Shown here piece by piece: positions 1 to 11,035 of a DNA stretch of 64,000 nucleotides (position 1 is its first letter; each line of letters starts with the position of its first letter). The notes under the pieces were generated by a model, which saw only the letters and a list, made by a program, of their open reading frames with translations, did not search any database and was not told where the DNA came from. The stretch lies in NCBI GenBank assembly GCA_054600435.1, contig BAAIJX010000061.1, forward strand, positions 1 to 64,000. Reading direction: 5' to 3'. This DNA comes from Neophaeotheca triangularis. Its lineage: Eukaryota. The position numbers and the translations under genes are program-made.

Positions 1-108
1 CTCACCCTCCCTATCTCTCCCCCTCCCTACCTTCCTCCTATTCTACTCCTCTATACCTCCCCCTCCCCGTACCATCCCAGTCGCTAAACTCACCCAGCTC
101 CCGAGCGG

Positions 109-192
109 CCCTAAAACCCCAGCGTCCTAAAACCCCAACATCCCTAAAACTCCAGCATCCCTAAAACTCTAGCAGCCCTAGAACCCTAGCCG
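109..192 (+). repeat. 17-bp minisatellite, 5 degenerate copies (CCCTAAAACYCCAGCRT)
   Basis: Units start at 109, 126 (16 nt), 142, 159 and 176; each begins CCCTAA, CCTAA or CCCTAG. Confidence 0.8.
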
Positions 193-247
193 CTCAAAAC
201 CAAACTCCCACACGGCAACCGAAAAAACGAAAACGACCATAACACGA

Positions 248-415
248 GAGTAAGAGTAAGAGCAAGAGTAAGAGTAAGAGCAAGAGTAAGAGTAAGAGCA
301 AGAGTAAGAGTAAGAGTAAGAGTAAGAGCAAGAGTAAGAGTAAGAGCAAGAGTAAGAGTAAGAGTAAGAGTAAGAGCAAGAGTAAGAGTAAGAGTAAGAG
401 TAAGAGTAAGAGCAA
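248..415 (+). repeat. Hexanucleotide microsatellite (GAGYAA)28
   Basis: Counted directly: 21 GAGTAA and 7 GAGCAA units, followed by GAA/GAATTA-rich low-complexity sequence to about 467. Confidence 0.95.
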
Positions 416-589
416 AGACAAAGAAGAATTAGAAGAAGAATTAGAAGAAGAAGAAGAATTAGAAGAAAAGCCAGCCGAGCCAAGCGAGTTTACAAGTACA
501 ACCACAACCACAACCACCTTCTAAGTCAAAGCGACGGCTAGAGTTCCGGGGGGAATGTTTGTATAGAGGTAGAGGTAGGAGTTGAGGTG

Positions 590-960
590 TCAGCTACGCT
601 ACGGTACGCTACGGTACGGCACTTGATATACTATGGCTGATAGCTAGCTGTGACCTAGCTGTGACCTAGCTGTTATTAGCAGTTCTGCTTACTTACTTAC
701 TTACTTACTTACCCACCTACCTACCTACCTAGCCCGGCCGACCGAGGGTTTCGTTTTGGAATGTGTGCTGCCTCGGCAGTTGCTAAATCGCCGTGACTAA
801 ACTGCCATTCCTAAACTGCGGTGACGAAGTCTTGATGTTGATGTTGATGTTGATGTTAATAGCAGGGCAAAGGCAGATGTGAGGAGGGGAAGTATATTAA
901 ACCGGGTGTCGAGGAGACTTAGTAAAGCGAAAAGAAAGAAAAAAGGGGGGGGGGGGGGGG
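590..960 (+). repeat. Cluster of short simple repeats (TAGCTGTGACC x2-3, (CTTA)n, (CCTA)n, (TGATGT)n, poly-G)
   Basis: Directly visible low-complexity tracts in non-coding DNA. Confidence 0.8.
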
Positions 961-1685
961 AAAGAGAGCTAGAGATTGCTGTATGAAAAGCACTCGAGAC
1001 GAACCCGACCGACTAGGCAGTCGGGCTAAAGGGATAAATGGATCAATCGTATGGCAACGGCAGATTCATCGTGTCATTTGTACGAAAACAGCCCTATACT
1101 AGAAAAAGACGTGGGTACGGTCCCGGCCTCATCTTCAGCTAGCTAGAGAAGCCAACGTTCACCGGCGAGGAGCGGACGTGGCGTGACTTGATGTGAAAGT
1201 GGAAGATGAAAGAAAAATGGGTGAAAGAAATGGCAAAGCCGAAGTAGCACATTTGCACGTTCGTTCAGCCAGCCAGCCAGCCAGGCATCCATATTCGTGT
1301 TCCGTGTTCGTGACAGCATTTCGCAAGCCCAAGGAAAGGGAAAACCGCCCTCCCCCCCATCGTGGTCGTAAGAGTAGGGAAAGATGAAAAAGGAACTCCA
1401 GCCCATCGCATAGCATTCTCAGCCATCCAAACCAGTGCCGTGCATCATTACTCCGTACCGCCCGGCCAGCTAACTGAGCCGTTGAAACATTTGTCAAAAA
1501 GCTAAGAACCGCGCAAACCTCACTGTCGAGACCCAGACTCGTTGACGAAGAGCATGCGACTTGAAAGTCCTGCCACGAACCCCGAAACTGCTGCGCCTCC
1601 TGGTCGCTCGGGTCAGACTCGACGGTTCGGCAGCAACACTACCAGCGAGAGAGGGTAGAAGAGGACAAGGTGGAAGAAGAACAAC

Positions 1686-2779
1686 CTACTCCACCTCCCC
1701 GCTCTCTGTCCCAAACCCACCACCACCACCACCAGCAGGCCCTAAACCCTCAACCTTTCCAGCCCCATCACCCTCCCCCACTCCCTCACCGTCGACATCC
1801 ACTCCTGCCTCACCTGCGCGTAATTTCCAGTGTTCAGCCTCAGCCCAAGCGCGCTGGCATTCGGCTTTGAGTTTGTCGCAACTGCTCGACAGCTCCTGAA
1901 TGGCTTGCTCGGTGAGCAGCTTTTCCAGCGTCCATTTCTCAATATTCTGCGTTTCGTTCTCTTTGAGTTGTTGGATGAATGCTACTGCACGGGAGAGGAT
2001 GGAACCCTTGTTCTTTTCGCAACCGGGAACGATTTTGGCGAGTTCGTTGATGCCTTCGTTGATTGTTTCGCGACGACGGCGTTCGACTGGGGGAAAGTTA
2101 GTTTAAGTGGGGTGAGTGTGGATTCTTGATTAGGGGACTCGCCTTCTTTATGGTTGTCGCGACGCACTTTGTGCCACTCGTCGCTCCCCACGGCAGGTTT
2201 GGAGCTGCTTCCTGGTGGTGATGACTCGTCGGCGCCATTTTGCACGCGGTTTTCGGCGTCTTTGATGGCTTCGCTGAGGGTGAAGTTGCCGTCGTAGCTG
2301 TTTGTACGCTGGAGGTCGCCGTCCCCTCCTGAACCACCTTGGTCTTCGCCGCCTTGATTACCAGCTGATTGCATAAAGGAGTGTTCGGTTGGCTGGGGGA
2401 CGGTCATGGTGTGATATTGGGCTAGCGCGGCTGTGGCTGTATCAGTAGCGCTTTGGCCGTTGTTATTATGATTTCCAGAATCGGAGGTGTCTTGGTGGGG
2501 ATGATGGTGATGTTGGTGCTGGTGCTGGTGCTGGTCATGCTGGCCGTGGTGATGGGTTTGCTGGTTTTGGAGTGGGGCGTGTTGCTGAATGTCCACCTCT
2601 TCGCTGCCGTCGGCATTGTGCTGGGCTAGTAGGGAGAAGTCCATGTTGGTGTCATGGTTGTCCATTGTACCGTCGTCGGCTTGCAGATAGGATGTGTCGA
2701 AGTCTTGATGCATACCGGGGGCAGGGCGCATGTCGGGCATGTCCTGAGAGTCGCGCTTACGCTTTATTGCCGTAGCCAT
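1686..2779 (-). CDS. CBF1: Cbf1-like bHLH-ZIP transcription factor; exons 2779-2143, 2086-1686; GC-AG intron 2087-2142
   Basis: The spliced frame reads EWHKVRRDNHKE-V-ERRRRETINEGINELAKIVPGCEKNKGSILSRAVAFIQQLKENETQNIEKWTLEKLLTEQAIQEL, the Cbf1 basic-HLH-zipper signature. Branch point ACTAAC and CAG acceptor are present. Confidence 0.9.
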
Positions 2780-3510
2780 GATGGTGAGAGTGTCTTGCTC
2801 TCAAGGGTGATGGGGGTTGTTAGTAGGATCAAGCCGTGAGAGTGACGCCTGTGGTAACGTATAGTCTCGTCGACGATGGAGGCTTGTGAAGGGATTGCAG
2901 CGTATCGTCGGCCGACGTCTAATTACCTACTATTAGCATAAGCCTTTGTAGTTTGACTGGCGAGCAGATGAAGGCAGCGGCCTCAAGCCTACGCGCTGGC
3001 CCCGTCGCATCGCGTTGAGGACGTATCATCACCATGGCAGTCGTCTTGATGCGACGAGGTGCAATATGGCGACATGTGGCATGAAGCTCACCGCCTGCGC
3101 CGACGACGTTGTACTCGACGCGTCGCTACGGCAGTCTTGCGACGAAACCTCGTAGGGAGAGAGGCTTGATGGAGACGGGAGGGTCTACTAACCGATGATG
3201 AAGCGTTCGTCACCTGACTCTTTGATGGTAACGTGACTGTGGATAGATAGATCACGAGTTACGGATTCAGCGTCGGAGTTGAATTGGGGGTGCGAGGGTC
3301 GGAAATAACGCGACGATTTGATCGATGAAGATTGTTGCGCGCAGGTGAAGTCGAGTGAGGGTGAGTCGAAGAAGAAACGATCAAGGCTCGGTAAGGGGGC
3401 GATATTTGGGAGGATGAGGGAAGAGAGAGAGTAAGTGTGAGGTAGAGAGCTGGGTCACGAGGTCGAGATGGGCCAGGTTGATGAGAGAGATGCGAAGAGT
3501 GAGTGGACGG

Positions 3511-3546
3511 GAGCTGCCTGAGCTGCCTGAGCTGCCTGAGCTGCCT
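3511..3546 (+). repeat. 9-bp tandem repeat (GAGCTGCCT)4
   Basis: Direct reading; lies upstream of CBF1. Confidence 0.9.
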
Positions 3547-4143
3547 GAACCGTCCTGACCCCACCTCAGCCAATCATTGCTTCGATAACGTGCACACCTC
3601 TTCAAGCCATCCGATACCTTTTAAGAGGAGATGCCTTTTATACTGCTACTACTAGTACTCTTCGATCAAGGCATTAATAGCAATCTTTGGTCTAGAATCT
3701 AGTAGTACACATACATAACCTTATGCGAGAAGTGTTCAAATTTCAACAGCAACATCTCCAGCTTGGTCTGCTTTTTTCAAACCCTCCCACGCCTTCAACC
3801 CCGCTGGCTTGCTTGCTTGCTTGCTTTCGTCGTGCAAGACAACAAGGCATCTACCTTATCTGGTCAGGTGGAAACTTGTCTCGCCCCATTCTCGACTTCC
3901 TGCAGCACCTGACTCGGCCTATACATCACATCTATCGTTTGTATTCATACCTACTTAGCTCTATATCCGACGTCATTATACCTAAACCTATCCGTTATCA
4001 AAGTAGCTCAGGTAAGAAGACTCTCAATCATAACCAACATCACATGCTGAAGTGGCAAGCTGTACAATGTACAAACATACACGCTGAAGTGCATCACAAA
4101 AGTCCGCCACCCCCTCCAACCCACCCTCCGCATCCCGCCCATA

Positions 4144-4673
4144 TCACCTCCCCATAGCATAAACCCTAGTAAAAAACCTCACCATACCCTCCGCCCCCAC
4201 CAAATCCCCCTCGCGATACAGCTTGGCCACCTCCAAATTCAACGGACTGTCCGGTTCCGCTCCCGCTGAAAGAAGCTGCTGCACCGCTTCCAACGTGCTC
4301 ACGATACCGTAAGCGGGCGTCCAAGAAGTCTTGAGCAAGTCGAGACAGATTTCGCCCGTTTGGAAGGAGACGTTAGGGTGGCAGCAGGGGGTGGCGAAGT
4401 GGATGGTGGGTGGGTGTGAGGGGTAAGAAGGGGGAATGGAGAGGGTGAGGGTGAAGAGACCGCCTGGGGGGGTGAGTGTGTGTTAGGATTGTTTAGTAGG
4501 AGGGAGAGGGTGTGCTGACTATGAGACTTACCTTCGTAGCTGGTTCCTGAGGGGCCTTTGAGGACGGCTGTCAGGTGGTGCAGGTCATCGTGTATGGGTT
4601 CTAGGCTGATGAGGTCGGGAGATGGATCGCGGTTGTAGGCGTCGAGCTCTTTGATTAGTCGTTTGGTGGCCAT
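4144..4673 (-). CDS. PEX4: Ubiquitin-conjugating enzyme E2, Pex4-like; exons 4673-4532, 4463-4144
   Basis: MATKRLIKEL...KGPSGTSYEGG...HPNVSFQTGEICLDLLKTSWTPAY...PDSPLN carries the UBC HPN motif and catalytic Cys. Intron GTAAGT...CAG is 68 nt. The Pex4 subfamily call is by recollection of the C-terminal pattern. Confidence 0.85.
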
Positions 4674-4983
4674 TTCTATTGCATTGTTGTCATTCGATAT
4701 GTTCTTCTATCAAAGGGATTATCATATAGGTACCTTAGTTACCCATCGAGACGTTCTAGATTATTCCCTTGGTAGGCTCGAGATTCAAGGTTGTCGGGCG
4801 TGTACCTGCCCTGCCGACAGCGGACCGCAACGCCCAAAGGGTCCACACTAGTACTGCCTGTCCTGTTTCATCACGACCACCGGGAGCAAAAGTGCCCGCG
4901 AGTGCGACACGCGATCGCCAAACAAAACAGCTGCATACACCTCCTATACGCATTCTCGCTGTGCCTTTGACCTCAACAAGACC

Positions 4984-6447
4984 ATGGCAGCCCCTCGCTT
5001 GCCTTTCCTCTGGCCGGTACTATTCAAACCAACCCCGGCACCTGCCTCCCGCGCCTCCAAAGCAGCAGCCCGAAATCGGTTACTGCACTCTTCGTCCCGC
5101 CAACGACAACAGAATCTCCCTCAGCGATACGGTCCAGCTAATGAGCCCCTTCCACATCTCAGACCTGGAAAACCTCCTCCAGAAGCCTCCAAAGATGCGA
5201 AAGCGCTACCAAAGATCGGGGAGAGGTTACAAAAAGACGGCGAGGAGGAGAACAAGACTGAGTTGGATGAAATAGAACAGGACTCCTTCAAAGCCGTAAA
5301 AGACGAAAACTCCTCTAAAGCAATGGCAAGAGACCCAACAACGATAGAGATCCCACCCTCCAACTCCAATCCAGAAGCCACCTCAGCCCAAGCACAACAA
5401 CAGCAAGCCGGCCCCTCCTGCCCCCACCCCGAAAAACCCATGGAAACCCTCCTCGAAAGCGTCCCCGAACCCAGCACCGTGCAAAAAGAAGGCAGCGCCG
5501 AAGCGGCGCAACAAAAACTCGACGCTTCGCAACAGCAACAGCAACAGCAACAACAACAACAACAACAACAACAACAACCCGACCAACCCGACAAGCCCCC
5601 AACCCAAACCCAAACCCAAACAAACACCAAAACCCCACCACCCACCATCTCCACCCCACCCTACATCCACCACTTCGACACCTACACCCTAGTCAAAAAC
5701 CTCGAATCCGGCGGCTGGACAACGCCTCAAGCCATCAACATGATGAAAACCGTGCGGCAGCTCCTAAGCAACAACATGGACCTCGCATCGCGCGCACTAA
5801 TCTCCAAATCCGTGCTGGAAAACGAAACCTACCTCTTCCGGGCGGCGTGCTCGGAACTGCGCACCGAAGTCAACGCCAAACGCAAAGCGGAGCAAGAAAA
5901 GCAACGCACGGAGCGCACGCAGCTGCAGCACGAAGTCGACATTCTGACCCAACGGCTCGGGCAGGAAGCGGCGGCCATGAAGGACAGTCTCAAGGGCATG
6001 TTTGACGATAGGAAGATGGCGGTGCGCAATGAGCAGCGCGGCATGGAGAGCAAGGTGCAGGAGCTGAATTATAAAATTACCGTGCATTTGCAGGCGGATA
6101 GTAAGAGTGAGGTTGAGGGCCTGAGGTGGGTCATGACCAGGAGGGTCATCATTGCTCTCGGCGTTGTTATCGCTATGGTTGTCGGCAGTTTGAAACTTTA
6201 TTCCAATGCGCTGCACGAGGGGGAGGAGAGTCGGGGGAGGAGGGGCAAGGGTGGGAATGGCGGGAATGGGGGTAATGGTGGTAATGGTGGTGGGGAAGGT
6301 GGTGCGGCTGGAGGCGACGTGGGGCTGGCTGGGGCTACCAGGGAGGAGTTTGGGGCAGTGGACGGGAGGGGTGGCGGTGTCGTCGGTGGGACTGGCGAGA
6401 TTTTGCTGGCCGAGGGCGATAATCCCGGGCTGATCTCTTTGGGTTGA
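4984..6447 (+). CDS. DUF1640/CCDC90 (Fmp32/Put7-like) mitochondrial coiled-coil protein with a polyQ tract and C-terminal TM helix
   Basis: 487-aa intronless ORF with an Arg-rich N-terminal presequence, the HHFDTYTLVKNL..GWT..QA motif, a coiled coil and TM segment VIIALGVVIAMVVG. Confidence 0.8.
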   Translation: MAAPRLPFLWPVLFKPTPAPASRASKAAARNRLLHSSSRQRQQNLPQRYGPANEPLPHLRPGKPPPEASKDAKALPKIGERLQKDGEEENKTELDEIEQDSFKAVKDENSSKAMARDPTTIEIPPSNSNPEATSAQAQQQQAGPSCPHPEKPMETLLESVPEPSTVQKEGSAEAAQQKLDASQQQQQQQQQQQQQQQQPDQPDKPPTQTQTQTNTKTPPPTISTPPYIHHFDTYTLVKNLESGGWTTPQAINMMKTVRQLLSNNMDLASRALISKSVLENETYLFRAACSELRTEVNAKRKAEQEKQRTERTQLQHEVDILTQRLGQEAAAMKDSLKGMFDDRKMAVRNEQRGMESKVQELNYKITVHLQADSKSEVEGLRWVMTRRVIIALGVVIAMVVGSLKLYSNALHEGEESRGRRGKGGNGGNGGNGGNGGGEGGAAGGDVGLAGATREEFGAVDGRGGGVVGGTGEILLAEGDNPGLISLG

Positions 6448-7311
6448 GGGCAGAAAGGAGAGAAGGCAAGACCGGGTGCGGGTCTTTGCCTTTTGTCACC
6501 ACTGGACAAAGTCGCGAGAGCATGTACGCGAGCGATGGGAAGGGATGAACGAGGTCGCAGCGCACTGCTTCTTCTTAGCTGCCAAGGTTGTGGTAGTATT
6601 CCACTTTGGGCAAATTGCGTGGGCCGCACACGGCACGCAGCGAGGAACGATTGGTACAGCACGTCTCTCCGATTTCGCAAAGGTGCAGAGAGAAATCAGC
6701 CCCAGTCCCCTCCGGGAGCGAAAGGCACGGGTCCAAACATGTAAAGCTATAGAAAATCGCAAAACCCGCTCACGTATGAAAGACCAAAAAAAAAAAAAAT
6801 AGATAAGAGAAGGAGAAAGCAAGAAGCGAAATGCACTTGCGCAACTCTGAGCTCTGCAAAGAGAAAAAATATCGAATAGCCTATATATATTCCCATCTTC
6901 GCCAGGGGTATCTGCGCACTCGATTTCTTCTTCTAATCCACAACTTGCCCCCGTTCCTTCCACTAGGTAGCTGGCTCAGAGCTGCGGCGTCCACCACGCA
7001 GGCCTCTTGCTCGTCTTCTGCTTCGCTCCTGGCACTTTTCGTAGTCGTGGCATGCGAGGGTTTCCTTGTTTGTTTTCCACCCACCAACGCCGGCGCTTGG
7101 GGAAAGCAAGAAAGTGACTGTGGTAGTCTATAGAGGTGCTTTTTCTTATACTCGGTGCGGGGTCCGCTGACTGGGGACGTGGTTGTGTATGTTGGAGCTG
7201 TAGTCGTAGCCGTGGCCGTAGCCATAGCCATAGCCAAGATGCATAACCGCAACTGCCGACCCTCCCAAATCAGCCAACCAACCAGCCGACCCATCCAAAA
7301 AGCACCCACCC

Positions 7312-8167
7312 CTAGTAAAAACTCTCCACCATGGCCTCCTTATTCGTAGTATTGATGCTACCCGGCCCCATGCCCTCGCCAAGCTTAAACACACTCTCAA
7401 CCACACTCAACTCGGTCGCCGTAGTATCCAAACCCGTCACGGCCATCCAATCATTAACAACCATGCCGGCTCCAACGACGGGCGAACCGCGATTGACACT
7501 GCCGGCCACGAGCGGCACTTGCAGCAAACTCGACAGTTCGTCCTGATCCTGGATCGAAGTCTTGGGGTGCACGATACCGCCCTGGTTGGACAGCGACATG
7601 TAACTGCCGGTGAGAACATTATCGGCGATGGTCTGGCGGAAAACCTCGACGCCGAGGACGTCGGCGATGATCTCTTCCGTCTCGCGCTCGAGATCCGGGT
7701 GCACGAGCGCGACGTGGTCGTTGCAGCAAATCACGTTGCCCAGAGCGGAAAGGCGTTCCTCGATGCGTTGGATCTTGACCGTGTCCGGGATGCTGTTGCG
7801 GAGGTGTTGGAGCTCTTGGTCCGTGGTGCTGGTGGGCACGAGCAGGCCTTTGCGGTTGCCGGCGGTTAGGCGACCGACTATGCGTGTGCCGGCGATTGTG
7901 CAGTGGCAGATGGGGATTACGTCTTGCAGTTCGGCTTCGAAGATGCTGTAGAAGTTTTCCGAGGCGCCGACGGCTACCAGAGCGTAGGCGTTGGTTAGAG
8001 TGCTGAAGACGCCGACTCTGTGGGAGGAGGGGGTTAGTGGACAGGGTGTGGTTTGGTATGGTTGGGTTGGGGGTTTGCATGGGAGTGGTGGTGGTGGTGG
8101 TGGTGGGGCTGAAGGAGGGGTTTCTTTCTTACTCGTTGGAGTTTTCAAAGGCTGCGCGGACGGCCAT
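7312..8167 (-). CDS. TIF6: Translation initiation factor eIF6; exons 8167-8133, 8017-7312
   Basis: [23 protein letters not shown]...[25 protein letters not shown]...[12 protein letters not shown]; intron GTAAGA...CTAAC...CAG. Confidence 0.96.
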
Positions 8168-11035
8168 GGTTACGGGTGTGGGGTTGAGAGTCTGAGGTCG
8201 TGGTGGTGTCTAGTATGGGTATTCGGTCGGTTTGAATGAGATTTCGGTTTGAGAGTGTTTGGTGAAGGGAGGTGGTTTGCTTCTTGCCGCTGCTGGTGAA
8301 AGGCGTCACCTTTCTCGATTGCAGCTGCGCCGAAGTTTTAACCTGAAGAACGTCACGAAAGTCTTGGCAGGGTCGTTTCCATTTACAGTCGGGTGAGTGT
8401 GAGTCGACATGATCTTCATATGTCAAACATGACTCCCTCGTCAATAATAACAAGATTATACTACAATATTTGCATGGTTTAATGAGTCATCGTGTGAAGG
8501 TCCGAAAGGCTGCACGGTGGACGGGGCTGCTTCGTATCGTAATGTAGATGCGACCGGCGGACCTTGATGCGACGCACTCCACCAGTAACACTTGATGGAC
8601 TGGAAAGGATTGCCACGTTGCCAAGGTCGAAGAGAGACATTTCAAGGAGACCCGTTGGATATCCAAATCGATACGAAGTCGCTACTGGAGCTCCACCTCG
8701 CTTTGGGTGCTTCAATGAGGTGGCGTACTGGTAGCACGCTGTTCAGTTAGGCTTCTAACACGCCTACTGAACCAGCTGAGGTGCGTTTTGTAGAGGTTTG
8801 TCCCGAGGGAAGAGCTGTCTGCGAGATGGGACGAGAGCGCGTTTCCAAACTCGTCTTCCTGCAAAGAACGTGGTCTCCCCGATCCAATCTTCATAACATT
8901 GACAAGTCAGGCGCATAAAGGCAATCAATCTCGGCTTCGAATATAGAACAGGTGACGATGACTGTTTGTCATGTACCTAGCCTTTCTGCCAGTGGCGCCA
9001 CGCTCACACCCGATTCTCTGGGAAGCGCATGTGGCGGTTGAGCAGTGGCATCGGGAGGTCGCAGTACGAGCGGCCCACAATCACAAACGTGTCAAATTGT
9101 TACCTTATGCTAGGGGTATGCTTTCGAGACAGCAAACGGATCTCGTGACGATGAACGGTTCTGGGGAGGTTTCCCGTCGTAGCGGAGCAGGACAGCGCAG
9201 GACAGAGTTTGCTTTCTCTTGACGATCGGAGGCGGGAACAAATGCAAGGCGGATCACTAAAATGTTGTGCAGTAGGTTGGTCCCTGTTCGTTGCCGAGAA
9301 GACGGGAGGCTTTGCTGGTGCTGCTGCTGGCTGGACAAGTCGGAAGGGCTCCGTGTGGAGTAAGTTGTGCAACCATGGCGAGGAGTTCGGAGTGGCAATA
9401 AGATAACAATGTCTCTCGCCTCATCGAGTTTGAAAGGAAGAGTGAGGTTCTCGTCCAAAGGAGGGGAATGGCGGTCAACGGTGTTGTGATGTGGCACGTC
9501 AAGCCTAGCCTTGGCCTGATTGGGCCATGTCGATGCAGCTCTGGAGAAATGGCATGTATCTGTGGACACGCACGGTCTAGTTCGGGCGTCAAGAATCAAG
9601 AGGTCGACCAGCACCATGATCAAAGTTAGGCATGCCCGCTGGTTCGCCTTGATCTCAAGGTATGGAATAGTACCTAGGTTAGGTACCTACTTGGCTACCT
9701 CCTTACCTCGTCAACTCAAGCTACAAGTACGTGTCGGTGCAAGGCTGACAGAAGCTCCAGGACAGGGTTGAGGGTACCTACTACTACGGTATTACGGGTA
9801 ATGATATGAACTGGACTAGACAAGGTTACGGGCCGTTTGACGAGGGTCCATCGTCTAGCATTAGCATATCACAGATTCACACCTTGACACCTTCCGAGCT
9901 CTTTATCTGGGGAATCTTGTCCATCCATTCAGTACCTCCCACTACCTACTACCTTAGTATCTATCACTACCACTGTGTCGCGTTGGCTTATGTAGCCTCT
10001 GTGTATCGCCAGCCAGCCAATTGCCTATTGCCTGTTGCCTGTACCTTTTCCTCTCTTCTTTGTTCCTTTCTCTCCCTGCACTTCCCTTCCCTTCCCTCCC
10101 CTGCCTCCTCCCCCTCCTCCTTCCCTCACTCATTACCTTGCGTTATCCAAAACAACCTCAAGACTCGTCCTGTAGATAAGATACCTTACTACTTTCAGAT
10201 CGATTCCTGCTCCCACATTCCAGGAAATCTCCCCCACGCACCCACCGTGCCCCTTGCAGACCCGAGCGTCCAGGCACCACCCACTGCACTCTCCACAAAG
10301 TCCACTCTCCACGCCCATCAATCCACACATTTTGCCGCATTGCACGGAGAGAGGAGAGAGGGGTGGAGTACAACAAACCACACCTGCATCCATGCAATCC
10401 GCTGGCGCGCAGCCAGCAACTCCGCCGCACACGAGCCCTGGGGGCCGCCAGACCGCACCCGCGCCTGTTTGATTCGATCCGACCTTTCAGACCTGCACAT
10501 ATTCACTCGCATGTCCATACCCATACCTTCCATACATACAACAGAACGCCTACCAAGGGGGCCTGCCCGACCCCAGGTACATATCTTCAACTGCGGACCG
10601 TGTCATTTTACCAGCTTCGACCTGACGTCCTTGCTCCCTGCCTTCCTTCCTTCCTTCTGCCTCCTCCCTCGCTGCTCTTTTTCATTTCCAACCCGGTTCT
10701 GTGTATATGCCTAGTACACATCCTCAATATTGTGTACATTCGTCCGACGGCTTCGTGTCTACCGCCTGCATCAAATCGACGCTCATCACATCATCCACAG
10801 CTTAGGTTGGTACCTTCGCGCATGGGATTAGTCTACCGACAACTTGTGCTGACAACTTGGAACAGAGCAGTGGTTGACGAGACCGCGCACGCAACCTCAT
10901 ACTATTCCTCTCCCAACACGGCTCGTTTTCACCGCCTGTTGACGCATACACCCTTGTACAATAATCCGACTTTACGAGGCCCCCAACGTTCATACCAGTC
11001 AACTGTTACATAATTGTATTAATGTCGACATAACC

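Noticed and set aside
178..517. Poly-Leu and (YS)n ORFs on the minus strand
   Set aside because: Translations of the hexamer microsatellite.
8450..9650. Short ORFs between TIF6 and the Pumilio gene
   Set aside because: No consistent exon chain or known motif could be assembled.
9806..11013. 302-aa and 216-aa ORFs upstream of the Pumilio gene
   Set aside because: They overlap the pyrimidine-rich promoter/leader and show no domain or coding-like codon usage.
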